Assembly (NCBI GenBank): GCA_002919235.1
Contig: PKEX01000008.1
Coordinates: forward strand, 138,530-202,529
Length of the DNA stretch: 64,000 nt
Source: Clostridia bacterium
Lineage (GTDB): Bacteria > Bacillota > Limnochordia > DTU080 > RSA5
Direction: 5' to 3'
A program made the position numbers and the translations under genes. How positions within the stretch are numbered: position 1 is the stretch's first letter; each line of letters starts with the position of its first letter. Of the stretch, positions 1-10,178 are shown piece after piece. The notes under the pieces were generated by a model. The model had not been told where the DNA came from. It did no database searches and saw only the letters and a list, made by a program, of their open reading frames with translations.

Positions 1-2455
1 GGTCCCCGCGGTCTGCCGCCTGCTGGATGCACTCCCGGAGCCGGGACCAGTCGCCCCCGAAGGAGGCCTCGAGCCTTTCGCACTCCTGGAGGGCCTGCTG
101 CAGCTGCTGCCAGGCGGCGCCCCGGCCGCCTCCCGCAAGCCGCTCCCACTCGGCGGTGAGCCGGGTGATCTCCTCTGCGATCCGGTCGTGGGTCTTCGCC
201 CGTTCCAATAGCGAGCGGCGCTGATCGAGGAGCTGCTCCACCTCGTCCACCAGCTCGCCGAAGCCAGGGCCGGGCGGGCCGGCCCGGAGCAGCTCCAGCG
301 CGGCTTGGGCCCGGGCCCAGACGCCCTTGAGCCCAGTGACGCCGGCCAGGGACACCCGCTCTACTTGGCCCGGTTCGACCCCGTCCAGGCCCCACGACGC
401 GAGCGTCCGTTTCAGCTCTTGGGAGAGCCGTTCTTCTTCCTCCGCCAGCCTCCGGAAGGCCTCCAGAGCCTTCTGGAAATCGTCGAACGCCTCCTTGGGC
501 CCGGCCACCGCCTCTTCCAGGGCCTGCAGGGCTTTCCGGCTCTTTGACGCCTCCTCCTCGAGGCGGCGAAGCTCCTCGTCGGCGGGGGCTACGGCATAGA
601 CGGTGTCGAGCATCCGAGCGGATTCGACGTACCGCTCCATCTCGTCCAAGAGCCGGTCGAGCTCCGCCGCCCCTTGCGGGCATCCCGCGGGAAGCTCTCT
701 CGCCGCCCGCTCCCGCTCCTTTCGCAGCGCGGCCAGCTCGTCCTCAAGCCGCTTCACCTGGGCCCGCCAGCTTCGAAACGGCGGCACGAAACGGGTGAGC
801 AGGATGGGCAGGATCGTCGCGATCGCGCCCAGCAGAGACAGGGGCCCCCACCGCTCAGGCCCCTCCCTGCCGAACCCCGAGAGCACCAGGACGGCTCCGG
901 CTGCTGCGACCGCCAGCGCGGCCCACTGCACGGGAGCCAGCCTCCGCCGCATCTCTGCCCGGCGGGCCTCCTTGGCCTCGATCTCGCCCACGACCTTCCG
1001 GAAGGCCTGAAGGGCTTCCCGGAAAGGCACGAAGGGAGCAGAACCGGCAAAGCGCTCCATCAGCCGCCGCCGGGCCTCCTCCGCCTCGCTCCGGGCGCTT
1101 CGCGCCCGCGCCAGCTCCTCTTCGGCCCGCTCCGCCTCTGCGAGCAGCTCCGCGCGCCGCGCTTCGTACGACTCCACCAGGTCGAGCCCGGCGGGAGACA
1201 GCTCGTCAAAGACGGCGAAGCGTCCCCGCCGCTCCTCCCGGATGCGTTCCAGGCTCCCCCGGAGGTTCAGGAACTCCCGCCACGCCAGGGCCGCCTCTTC
1301 CAGGTCGTCCAGGGCCCGGCGGGTCCAGGACAAAGCCGTTTCACCCTCAAGCCCGGGCAGCTTCAGGGCCTCCAGCTCCTCTTTGAGGCCCTCAGCCCGC
1401 CTGCGAAGCTCTCTCGCCTCCTCGAAGAGGCGTTCTGCCTCGGCCAGGTGGGCCAAGAGGTCTTCCAGCCGCTCGAGCCCTTCGCCGAACTCGGCGGGCG
1501 CTGCGGCCAGCTCCGGGAAGCCCGCCAGGCGCTCCTCCGCCCGGGCCACCTGCTTCTCCCGCTCGCGGCAGCTTTCGCGCCCCCGCTTCAGCCGGTTCAC
1601 TTCGGCGGCGCTCTCCCGCACGGCTTCCCGGTGCCGCCGCCACTGCTCGAAGGCCGCCAGGCTGTTCCGGGTCGTCGCCAGCCTCGCCTTGAGCTGTTCC
1701 AGGTCGGCGGAGAGCTGTGCCGATTCCTCCTGCATCGCCCGCAGCTCTTCCACGGCCTTCTGGCTCGCGGCGACGGCTTGCTGGAGCTCTGCGATCTGCC
1801 TTTCGATCTCTTCCAGCCGGCCGTCCTTCTGCCCGTCCCGGGGCGTGAGTCCCCGCTGGCCGGTGCGGCGGGTGAGCTCTTTGGCGCGCTCGGCCAGGCG
1901 CTTCAGCGCTTCCGTGTGGCTGCCGCGCGCGCCCGCCCCCGCGAGCAGCGACTGCAGCTCCGCGCTGAGCTTCTCCGGCTGCGGCAGAGGCTGGATCACG
2001 GAGAACGTGTGGTGAAACAGCTCGCGGGAAGTGTGTTGAAAAAGCGAGGCGAGCCACTGCACGTACCTGGGGTTTTGCTTGCGGCCGGCCGGGTTGTGCT
2101 CGCCCACCGCCTCATCGAGCCAGCCGCCGTCCGTCCAGCGGCTGAGCCGGATACGGTGGGTGTCGAAATCGCGCGCGATGCGGTAGCGGACACCGCCGGC
2201 GTCAAGAATCATTTCCCCCAGGCAGCGAGGGGGGCCGTCCCAGCTGCGAAAACGGCCCAAGCCGAAGGCGGCGGGGTCCTGCACGGCCGGAAGGCCGAAG
2301 AGGATGGCGCTCATGGCCGCGGCCAGCGTCGACTTCCCCGCTTCGTTGGGCGCAGCCAGGACGCCGAGCCCCGGCGGGAAATCGAACGCCGTCTCATCCC
2401 GGTAGGGACCGAACCCCACCAGGGTCACTCGCTCGATCACCAAGGGGCGGCTCAT
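1..2455 (-). CDS. YhaN/SbcE-like SMC/Rad50-family AAA ATPase, 3' end beyond window edge
   Basis: Not in the ORF track because it has no stop inside the window. ATG at 2455 overlaps the upstream nuclease stop (ATGA). Manual translation of the N-terminus gives MSRPLVIERVTLVGFGPYRD...APNEAGKST (Walker A), followed by long E/R/A-rich coiled coil and two hydrophobic segments near nt 790-930. Confidence 0.85.
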   Translation of the reverse strand, partial: MSRPLVIERVTLVGFGPYRDETAFDFPPGLGVLAAPNEAGKSTLAAAMSAILFGLPAVQDPAAFGLGRFRSWDGPPRCLGEMILDAGGVRYRIARDFDTHRIRLSRWTDGGWLDEAVGEHNPAGRKQNPRYVQWLASLFQHTSRELFHHTFSVIQPLPQPEKLSAELQSLLAGAGARGSHTEALKRLAERAKELTRRTGQRGLTPRDGQKDGRLEEIERQIAELQQAVAASQKAVEELRAMQEESAQLSADLEQLKARLATTRNSLAAFEQWRRHREAVRESAAEVNRLKRGRESCREREKQVARAEERLAGFPELAAAPAEFGEGLERLEDLLAHLAEAERLFEEARELRRRAEGLKEELEALKLPGLEGETALSWTRRALDDLEEAALAWREFLNLRGSLERIREERRGRFAVFDELSPAGLDLVESYEARRAELLAEAERAEEELARARSARSEAEEARRRLMERFAGSAPFVPFREALQAFRKVVGEIEAKEARRAEMRRRLAPVQWAALAVAAAGAVLVLSGFGREGPERWGPLSLLGAIATILPILLTRFVPPFRSWRAQVKRLEDELAALRKERERAARELPAGCPQGAAELDRLLDEMERYVESARMLDTVYAVAPADEELRRLEEEASKSRKALQALEEAVAGPKEAFDDFQKALEAFRRLAEEEERLSQELKRTLASWGLDGVEPGQVERVSLAGVTGLKGVWARAQAALELLRAGPPGPGFGELVDEVEQLLDQRRSLLERAKTHDRIAEEITRLTAEWERLAGGGRGAAWQQLQQALQECERLEASFGGDWSRLRECIQQAADRGD

Positions 2456-3567
2456 CCGGAAGGCCCCTCCCATCCCATCGCTTCCAGTCCCCGCACCAGC
2501 GCCCGGCGGATCGTCCTCTCCTCGCCGGGCGCCGCGCGGCGAAGCCGCTCCAGCATCCTCTGCACGAAGGCACCCCGCACCGTGGGCTCGCGGGCCAGCG
2601 CTTCGATGAGCTCGTCCGCCAGGCCGCGGGTCTCGTCGACTACCTCGAGGTAAAACGCCCGTCCCGCCAGGGCCGCTTTCACTCTCTCCGGGTGGACGGG
2701 ATACGCCGGGGTGCCGGAAAGGGTCAGGCGGACGGCCGCGCCCTCCGGCACCAGGCCGCGCGCGTCCTCCTCCAGCTGGGCCAGGCTCTCGTACCCGCCC
2801 GCGTCCAGCTCGACGGAGACCAGAGGCCGCACCCCGTCCGCCGGCTCGCGGCGAACGACGGCCCCCTGCTCGTCCACCTCCGCCACCACGTAATGGCCGG
2901 TGCCCGGGTCGTCGAAGTCTTTTCCGTCGATGATCCCGGCGTAGACCACCGGCCGCTCGCGGCCCCGGACTTCGTGCCGGTGGATGTGACCCAGGGCCGC
3001 GTAGTGATAGCCCGCAGCCTCCAGCGCTCGCCCGTCGATGGGAAGGCTCCGTTCCCGCCCCCAGTCCAGGGAGCCGTGCAGCAGGGCGATGTGGATCCCC
3101 GCGCCGTCGGGAGGCGGGAAGTGAGCCAGCGGCCGGTCGGCCCGGGTGACACCGGACGTGTACGCCAGGGAGTAAATGGAGACCTCATGGCCCCGGCACG
3201 TGAGCGTCACCGCCCGGTCCATGTGGGGGTTGGTGACCAGCCTGCCGGGCCACCGGCCCTGCTCCGTGCGGTAGACCGAATCGTGGTAGCTGATCTCGTC
3301 GTGGTTGCCCGGAAGCGTGACTACCGGAATTCCCGCGCCCTCCAGCCGCTCCAGCTGGCGGATGACCTCGTTCACCAGGGAAGCCGGCGGGCGGTGGGTT
3401 TCAAAGAGATCCCCCGCGATGAGGACCAGGTCGACGCCGTGCGCCAGCGCCCAGTCGACGGCGGCGGAAAGCCGCATGTCCCTTTCCCTGCGCCGGCTTT
3501 CCGCCGCCTCCTTCCACGGGGGCAGGTACCCGAGATGCAGATCGGCCAGGTGCAAGATGCGGATCAA
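2452..3567 (-). CDS. SbcD/Mre11/YhaO-family metallophosphoesterase (DNA repair exonuclease)
   Basis: Motifs DLHLG, GDLF, GNHD, HG, ALGHIH. TTG start at 3567 after a GGGGAGG RBS; the ORF-track start at 4092 is too long. Confidence 0.9.
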   Translation of the reverse strand: MIRILHLADLHLGYLPPWKEAAESRRRERDMRLSAAVDWALAHGVDLVLIAGDLFETHRPPASLVNEVIRQLERLEGAGIPVVTLPGNHDEISYHDSVYRTEQGRWPGRLVTNPHMDRAVTLTCRGHEVSIYSLAYTSGVTRADRPLAHFPPPDGAGIHIALLHGSLDWGRERSLPIDGRALEAAGYHYAALGHIHRHEVRGRERPVVYAGIIDGKDFDDPGTGHYVVAEVDEQGAVVRREPADGVRPLVSVELDAGGYESLAQLEEDARGLVPEGAAVRLTLSGTPAYPVHPERVKAALAGRAFYLEVVDETRGLADELIEALAREPTVRGAFVQRMLERLRRAAPGEERTIRRALVRGLEAMGWEGPSG

Positions 3568-3750
3568 GAGCAGCGCCTCCCCTGGCACACTAGATTCGCT
3601 TCGCCGGGGGCGATGCCTCCCGCCCTGGCCGGAGCGGGAGACCGGGAAAAAGGAGGAGCCGGAGCGCCGGAGCGGAAGATGGAGACGCCCGGGAGGCGGC
3701 CTGGGAAGAGGCCGTCCCCGGGACGACCGGGACAGAGGAGGCAGGATGCC

Positions 3751-4050
3751 GTGGAAAGCCGGGGCGAACCCGTCGCCATCACCCATGTTGAGGAGCGGGT
3801 GGTTCCCGACAACTCCTTCGACCAGGCCTACGCGATCTACCTCGGGCTTTCGTACGAACCCCCGCTCTTGTGGCAGGAGGCGTTTCACCGGCTGATGGCG
3901 CGCGAGCCCGAGCCGCGCATCACCAGCTTCGTCGGTCCCAAACTGCGGGTGGTGGTGGGCCCAAAGGACAACCTGGAATCCGTGCTGCGCCAGGTGGCCC
4001 ACGTGGTGCGCAAGACCAACCTGGAGCTGGACTTGGTGGACGAAATGTAA
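3751..4050 (+). CDS. Hypothetical protein, 99 aa
   Basis: GAGGAGG RBS then GTG at 3751. Protein-like composition (C-terminal part of ORF 2692..4050); fills the intergenic gap. Confidence 0.65.
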   Translation: MESRGEPVAITHVEERVVPDNSFDQAYAIYLGLSYEPPLLWQEAFHRLMAREPEPRITSFVGPKLRVVVGPKDNLESVLRQVAHVVRKTNLELDLVDEM

Positions 4051-4129
4051 GCGCCCGCCGGCACCGGCGGCCGGCGGGCGATCGTCTTGCACCTCCGAGA
4101 CCGGGCCGCGCGCTTGCGCCCGGGAAGCC

Positions 4130-5341
4130 TCAGCCTCGCTCGATGGGCAGCTTCTGGTTGATCCAGGCCACCATCCCGCCCGTGAGGTTGTAGGCTTTAT
4201 CGAAGCCGCGCTTTCGCAGCTCGATGGTGATCTTGGCGCTGCGCTCGCCGCTCAGGCAGACCACGATGGTCTCCTTGGCGGGATCCAGTTCCGAAAGGCG
4301 GTCCAAGGTCTCCCCCATGGGGATCAGCTTCACCCCGGGAATGCGGAACATCTTATACTCCTGGGGTTCCCGCACGTCGAGCCACTGCACGTCGGGCGAG
4401 CCCACCCGGTCCTTCACTTCGGTGACCTCCCGGACCCACCCCTTCGCCTGCACCACCTGCTGGGGCGGGCCGGCCAGCTCGCCGGCAGGCTCCTGGGTGC
4501 GGGGCGGCAGGCCGCAGAACTCCTCGTAGTCGATGAGCTCCGTGATGGTGGGGTGGTCGCCGCACACGGGGCAGTTGGGGTCCCGGCGCCAGCGGACGGT
4601 GCGGTACTCGCCGCTCAGCGCATCGAAGAGGAGCATCCGGCTGGCGAGCGGTTTGCCGATGCCCAGCAGCACCTTCACCGCTTCGATCACCTGAAGCGTC
4701 CCCATATGGCCCGCCAGCGCGCCGATGATGCCCGCCTGGGCGCAGTTGGGCACCATGCCCGGCGGAGGCGGCTCGGGGTATAGGCAGCGGTAGCAGCCCT
4801 GACCGGGCAGGAAGACGGTGGCCTGCCCTTCAAAGCGGAGGATGCTCGCGTCGATCAGCGGCTTCTTCAACAACACGCAGGCGTCGTTCACCAAGTAGCG
4901 GGTGGCGAAGTTGTCGCAGCCGTTGATCACCAGGTCGTAATCGCGGATGATCTCCAGGGCGTTGCTGGAATCCAGGTAGACCGGGTGCTCGATCACCCGC
5001 ACGTCAGGGTTCAGCGCCTCCAGGTGCTCCTTGGCCGACTGGGTCTTGGGCCGGTTCACGTCCCGGTTGAAGTGGAGCACCTGCCTGTGAAGGTTTGAAA
5101 GGTCGACCCGGTCCGCGTCGATGATCCCGATGGTGCCCACGCCCGCGGCGGCCAGATAGATGCTGGAGGGCGATCCCAGGCCGCCGGCGCCCACCACCAG
5201 CACTTTGGAGTCCAGCAGCTTGCGCTGGTTTTCGATGCCGACTTCACTCAGGATGATCTGACGGGAATAGCGGGTCAGCTGCTCCTGGGTGAGGAGCCCG
5301 CCGCCGGCTGCCGTCCTGCTGCTCACATCAGCCGTCGCCAT
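4130..5341 (-). CDS. moeB: MoeB/ThiF E1-like adenylyltransferase with C-terminal rhodanese domain (MoeZ type)
   Basis: RYSRQ, GAGGLG, SNLHRQ, CYRC...CPVC zinc sites; rhodanese DVREPQE and CLSGERS active loop. Confidence 0.92.
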   Translation of the reverse strand: MATADVSSRTAAGGGLLTQEQLTRYSRQIILSEVGIENQRKLLDSKVLVVGAGGLGSPSSIYLAAAGVGTIGIIDADRVDLSNLHRQVLHFNRDVNRPKTQSAKEHLEALNPDVRVIEHPVYLDSSNALEIIRDYDLVINGCDNFATRYLVNDACVLLKKPLIDASILRFEGQATVFLPGQGCYRCLYPEPPPPGMVPNCAQAGIIGALAGHMGTLQVIEAVKVLLGIGKPLASRMLLFDALSGEYRTVRWRRDPNCPVCGDHPTITELIDYEEFCGLPPRTQEPAGELAGPPQQVVQAKGWVREVTEVKDRVGSPDVQWLDVREPQEYKMFRIPGVKLIPMGETLDRLSELDPAKETIVVCLSGERSAKITIELRKRGFDKAYNLTGGMVAWINQKLPIERG

Positions 5342-5373
5342 GCCGTCCTGCCCCTTTCCGAGAGAATCGAAAG

Positions 5374-5628
5374 TTAAAGGCGCCTGAGATAAAGGCGGAA
5401 AAGCCCGTCCTCCTGCACCACGCCCAGCGCTTGCGCAAGGCCGCCCGTCTCGACGGCCAGCCGGACGTTGGCCGTCGCCGGCTCAAGGTCGGTGATCAAG
5501 ACGACCACGTCGCCCGCCTGAACCGCCCCCAGGGCCTCCATCGCCTTCAGCACCGGACCCGGGCAGAGCTCCCCGCGGCAGTCCACCTCCCGGGCAGCCG
5601 GGAGCTGTCTCAACTCCGCGTCCGTCAC
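5374..5628 (-). CDS. TusA/SirA-family sulfur carrier
   Basis: VDCRGELCPGP (CPxP motif), 84 aa, GTG start after GGAGAG, directly upstream of moeB. Confidence 0.85.
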   Translation of the reverse strand: MTDAELRQLPAAREVDCRGELCPGPVLKAMEALGAVQAGDVVVLITDLEPATANVRLAVETGGLAQALGVVQEDGLFRLYLRRL

Positions 5629-5714
5629 GACGCTCTCCCCCTCTCCCGGGCCGCGCCGGCCCGGCGGGGCGGCGCACGGCCTCCCCCGTTCCCGGGCTGC
5701 CCGCGGCCGGAGGA

Positions 5715-5771
5715 TTTCCGCTAATTCGGATTGGTTTTGTATATTATAATCCCTCCCGCCGGATCGCGCAA
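5715..5771 (-). promoter_or_regulatory. SigA-type promoter for tusA-moeB with a possible Rrf2/CymR-like operator just downstream
   Basis: On the minus strand TTGCGC (5771-5766), 17 bp, TATAAT (5748-5743). An imperfect dyad AAACCAATCCGAATTAGCGGAAA lies at 5737-5715. Confidence 0.5.
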
Positions 5772-5934
5772 GGACCGCGCCGCGGGCGAAACGCCGAAGG
5801 GGAGTTCCCCCGCGGCTGCGAATACAAGAGCCGGTAAAGGTTCTACTATAGCACCGCGCGCCGGCAGACCCGAGGCGCCGGCCGGGCCGGCGCAGGACCG
5901 GCATGGGGCGCAAGTGGGAAAGGAGCATCAGCAG

Positions 5935-7329
<1,395 letters not shown>

Positions 7330-7375
7330 GAGCCGGCCGGATCCTTCGCGGCGTTGACGGCCGCAGGCAAACGAG

Positions 7376-7418
7376 AAAGAGACGCCCCCGGCGCAGCGCC
7401 GGGGGCGTTGTCTTCCTT
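7376..7418. terminator. Probable bidirectional intrinsic terminator
   Basis: Perfect stem ACGCCCCCGGCG / CGCCGGGGGCGT between convergent genes, with A-rich and T-rich flanks. Confidence 0.7.
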
Positions 7419-7423
7419 GCCGC

Positions 7424-9244
7424 TCACATCCCGGAGATCAGGTCGGGGCGGTCGGTGACGATCCCGTGGACCCCCAGCGCGATGAGCCGCCTTGCCAGCG
7501 CCGGATCGTTGACGGTGAAGACGTATACGGGCCTTTCCATCCGGGAGGCCGCGCCCACCAGGCCCTGGGTGATGACGGTGATCCACCCATAATCGGGCGG
7601 CACGGAGAGGATGTCCCACGGGGGCGACGGCGAGAAGACCGTATCCAACCCCAGCCGCGCCAGGATCACGAAGCGGATGGCCTCTCCCTGGCTGGCCGTG
7701 GTGGGGACCTCGGGCATCACTTCGCGAAAGCGGGCCGCGACGGCGTCGTGAAACGTCCCCATGATCACCCGGCCCTGGGCCCCGGTGCGCCGGATCACCG
7801 CGGCCACCGCATCGGCGGCCTCCGGATCGGGCTCCTTGATCTCGATGAGAAACCGCGCCGCCGGGAACGCGGTCAAGGCCTCCTCCAGGGTGGGGACCGT
7901 CACTCCCCTTCCCCGGTAGGGATAGGTGACGCCGTCCGGCGTAAACCAGTAGCCGGCGTCGAGCGTCTTGATCTCCGCCAGCGTCATGTCGCGCACGTAG
8001 CCGCTCCCGCCGGTGGTCCGGTCCACGGTGGGGTCGTGCATCAGCACCAGGTGGCCGTCCCGTGTCCGGTGGACGTCGACTTCGATCACCTGGGCGCCCT
8101 CCAGGAGTCCTCTTTCGATGGCCACCAGCGTGTTCTCGGGCGCCAGGCCCGCCGCGCCCCGGTGCCCGATGACCAGGATGTCATGGCGCCCCAGCTCCGC
8201 GAGGATCGGCACGTACCGGGCGCTGGGCGGAGTGTGGGTCAGCGCCAGCACGCCCAGGGCCACGCTGATCGCGGCGGCGGCCATGAGCAAGCCCCGCAGG
8301 GGTCCCGCCAGGGACGGGCTGCCGTAAACCGGCCCCCAACCGGGGCGAACGGGGCTGTAGGGGCTCCACCACCGGCCGCTCCGACGCCTCGCCGAGGGCT
8401 CACTGGCCCGCGCGAGGCCCAAGCGGATGAAAAGCCACGGGGCCAGGACGGTGACCCACACGGCCATCACTGCATAGCCCAAAAACTCCGGAAAGCCTTC
8501 GGGAAGGTGACGATGGAGCAGGTAGAGCCCGCCCATCCCCGCAAGGCCCAGGACCATCTTGGCCGCCTGGCGCAGCACGCCGCCGCGGGGATCGTAGGGC
8601 AAGAGCTCCAGGGCGAAGACGCCGCTGGCCGCCACCCCCAAGAGCAGCCCCAGCGTCTGCACGGACGCGTCCGACTGGTACAGGGGATAGAGCGCCAGCG
8701 GCGCCGCGACGGCGAAGACGAACCGAAGGCCCCGCGGGAGCACCGCGATGACGCCCCAGCGCTCCAGCGCCGCGGCGACCACCACCAGGGCGAAGGCGAG
8801 CGCATATCCCCCCAGCACGTCCCCGAGGAAGTGCGCACCCAAGTACAGGCGGGAAAAGCCGATCAGGACGATGAGCGCCGCGGCTGCGCCCCAAAACGGC
8901 CGCGATCCCAACGCCCATGCCAGGTACCCCCAGAGGGTCGCCCCACCCTGGGCGTGGCCGGAAGGAAACGCGAAACTCTCCTCCCACACCAGGACCCGCA
9001 CGCCCTGCGCCGGGCTGGGCCGGGGCGACGCCACCAGCTCCTTGACCCAGCCGTTGAGCCACATGGAAAAGAGAAAGAGGATCGCAGTCCTATGACCGAT
9101 CCTCCGATCAACGCACCAGTAGACGAAGAGCAGGATCGCGACGTATGCATACTCGTGGCCCAGCTGGGTGACGGCGTAAAAGAACGTGTCCAGAAAAGGC
9201 GTCGAAAGCTTTTGAATCGCAATGAGCACTCCGGGATCCGTCAT
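7424..9244 (-). CDS. PAP2 membrane phosphatase fused to glycerophosphodiester phosphodiesterase (GDPD)
   Basis: PAP2 motifs KELVASPRP, FPSGH, SRLYLGAH with several TM helices. C-terminal GDPD: GHRG, PENT, EVD, HD, IVTDRP. Confidence 0.85.
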   Translation of the reverse strand: MTDPGVLIAIQKLSTPFLDTFFYAVTQLGHEYAYVAILLFVYWCVDRRIGHRTAILFLFSMWLNGWVKELVASPRPSPAQGVRVLVWEESFAFPSGHAQGGATLWGYLAWALGSRPFWGAAAALIVLIGFSRLYLGAHFLGDVLGGYALAFALVVVAAALERWGVIAVLPRGLRFVFAVAAPLALYPLYQSDASVQTLGLLLGVAASGVFALELLPYDPRGGVLRQAAKMVLGLAGMGGLYLLHRHLPEGFPEFLGYAVMAVWVTVLAPWLFIRLGLARASEPSARRRSGRWWSPYSPVRPGWGPVYGSPSLAGPLRGLLMAAAAISVALGVLALTHTPPSARYVPILAELGRHDILVIGHRGAAGLAPENTLVAIERGLLEGAQVIEVDVHRTRDGHLVLMHDPTVDRTTGGSGYVRDMTLAEIKTLDAGYWFTPDGVTYPYRGRGVTVPTLEEALTAFPAARFLIEIKEPDPEAADAVAAVIRRTGAQGRVIMGTFHDAVAARFREVMPEVPTTASQGEAIRFVILARLGLDTVFSPSPPWDILSVPPDYGWITVITQGLVGAASRMERPVYVFTVNDPALARRLIALGVHGIVTDRPDLISGM

Positions 9245-9256
9245 GATCCACCCCGC

Positions 9257-9793
9257 CTATCGCCAGCGGAAGGAGTTTACCGCCCGCAGCCAGTACTGGC
9301 GGATGTTTCCCGTGTAGTCCGACTCCTTCCCCACGAACATGAGGTACGCGGTGCGCCCGTCCCGGGTGAATGCTACCATGCGGATCATCGCGGACGACCC
9401 ATCCTGCATGGTCCCGGTCATCACCCAAAAGCGGGCCCGCAGCCCTTGGCTGGTGGTGATCTGCGTGTCTTCAGTCACCCTAGAGCTGCGCAAGGGGAGC
9501 GCCCAGGGCGCGCTGAGGGCCTGCCAAAGCCGCGCCGTGTCGGTGCCCGGCACCGTCCCGATGAAAAGGTGCGGCCCCCCGTCCCTAAGAGGGATCATCA
9601 CGTACGTATGGCCGCTCCACTCCTGATCTAAATAGTAGCTACGATTGGACGGCACCAGAACCTCGTAATTGGGCGTCCCTGACCAGTACCACCAGTATTG
9701 GGGATCGTCGTCATAGATGTAGAGTTCGCCGGCGGCCGCCGCGGCGCTCGCCGTCAGCATCAGGATCAACGCTGCGAGGATTCTCTTGGCCAT
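9257..9793 (-). CDS. Secreted/periplasmic hypothetical protein
   Basis: Signal peptide MAKRILAALILMLTASAAAAAG, then an aromatic-rich soluble domain; 12 bp upstream of the PAP2-GDPD gene. Confidence 0.7.
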   Translation of the reverse strand: MAKRILAALILMLTASAAAAAGELYIYDDDPQYWWYWSGTPNYEVLVPSNRSYYLDQEWSGHTYVMIPLRDGGPHLFIGTVPGTDTARLWQALSAPWALPLRSSRVTEDTQITTSQGLRARFWVMTGTMQDGSSAMIRMVAFTRDGRTAYLMFVGKESDYTGNIRQYWLRAVNSFRWR

Positions 9794-9947
9794 CGCGTCT
9801 CTCTCTCCCACCCAGACCACTGGCTTCTCCTTGCTTCTTTCTTGCCCGCGAACCCAAGGACCTGCCTGGCGCCGCCATCCCTTCCTTTAACAGCACGGGG
9901 ATAGTATAATGATACGCGGACGTGCTGGCCAAAGGAGGCATCCGTCA

Positions 9948-10172
9948 GTGAACATCCGCTGCGTCTGCGGCAACGAAACCATCATCAGCCCCGGCGGCAA
10001 TCCCGGCTACATCCTCCGAGACGACAAGTGGTTCGACAAGAAGAGCAACCAGCTCCGCTGCCCCAAGTGCAACAACACGGAGCTTCCCTTGGAGCTCATC
10101 GACGCGAGCGGGCCCATCAAGGTCCAGGTGGTCCCCGGCCGCACCATCGCGAAAAAAGGATTTTGGAGCTAG
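9948..10172 (+). CDS. Small zinc-ribbon-like protein, 74 aa
   Basis: AAGGAGG RBS and GTG at 9948; CVC...CPKC; TATAAT at 9905-9910. Confidence 0.75.
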   Translation: MNIRCVCGNETIISPGGNPGYILRDDKWFDKKSNQLRCPKCNNTELPLELIDASGPIKVQVVPGRTIAKKGFWS

Positions 10173-10178
10173 GGACTC

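Noticed and set aside
674-2653. 659-aa plus-strand ORF
   Set aside because: It is the antisense shadow of the minus-strand SMC-like ATPase, which has the Walker A motif and coupled start.
5776-5816. GC hairpin containing GGCGAAACGCC upstream of fumC as a possible riboswitch
   Set aside because: I could not match it to a known aptamer consensus, and a candidate fumC -10 (TACTAT, 5844-5849) lies downstream of it.
7466-9631. 721-aa plus-strand ORF
   Set aside because: Antisense to the PAP2-GDPD gene with no motifs. Long shadow ORFs are expected at this GC content.
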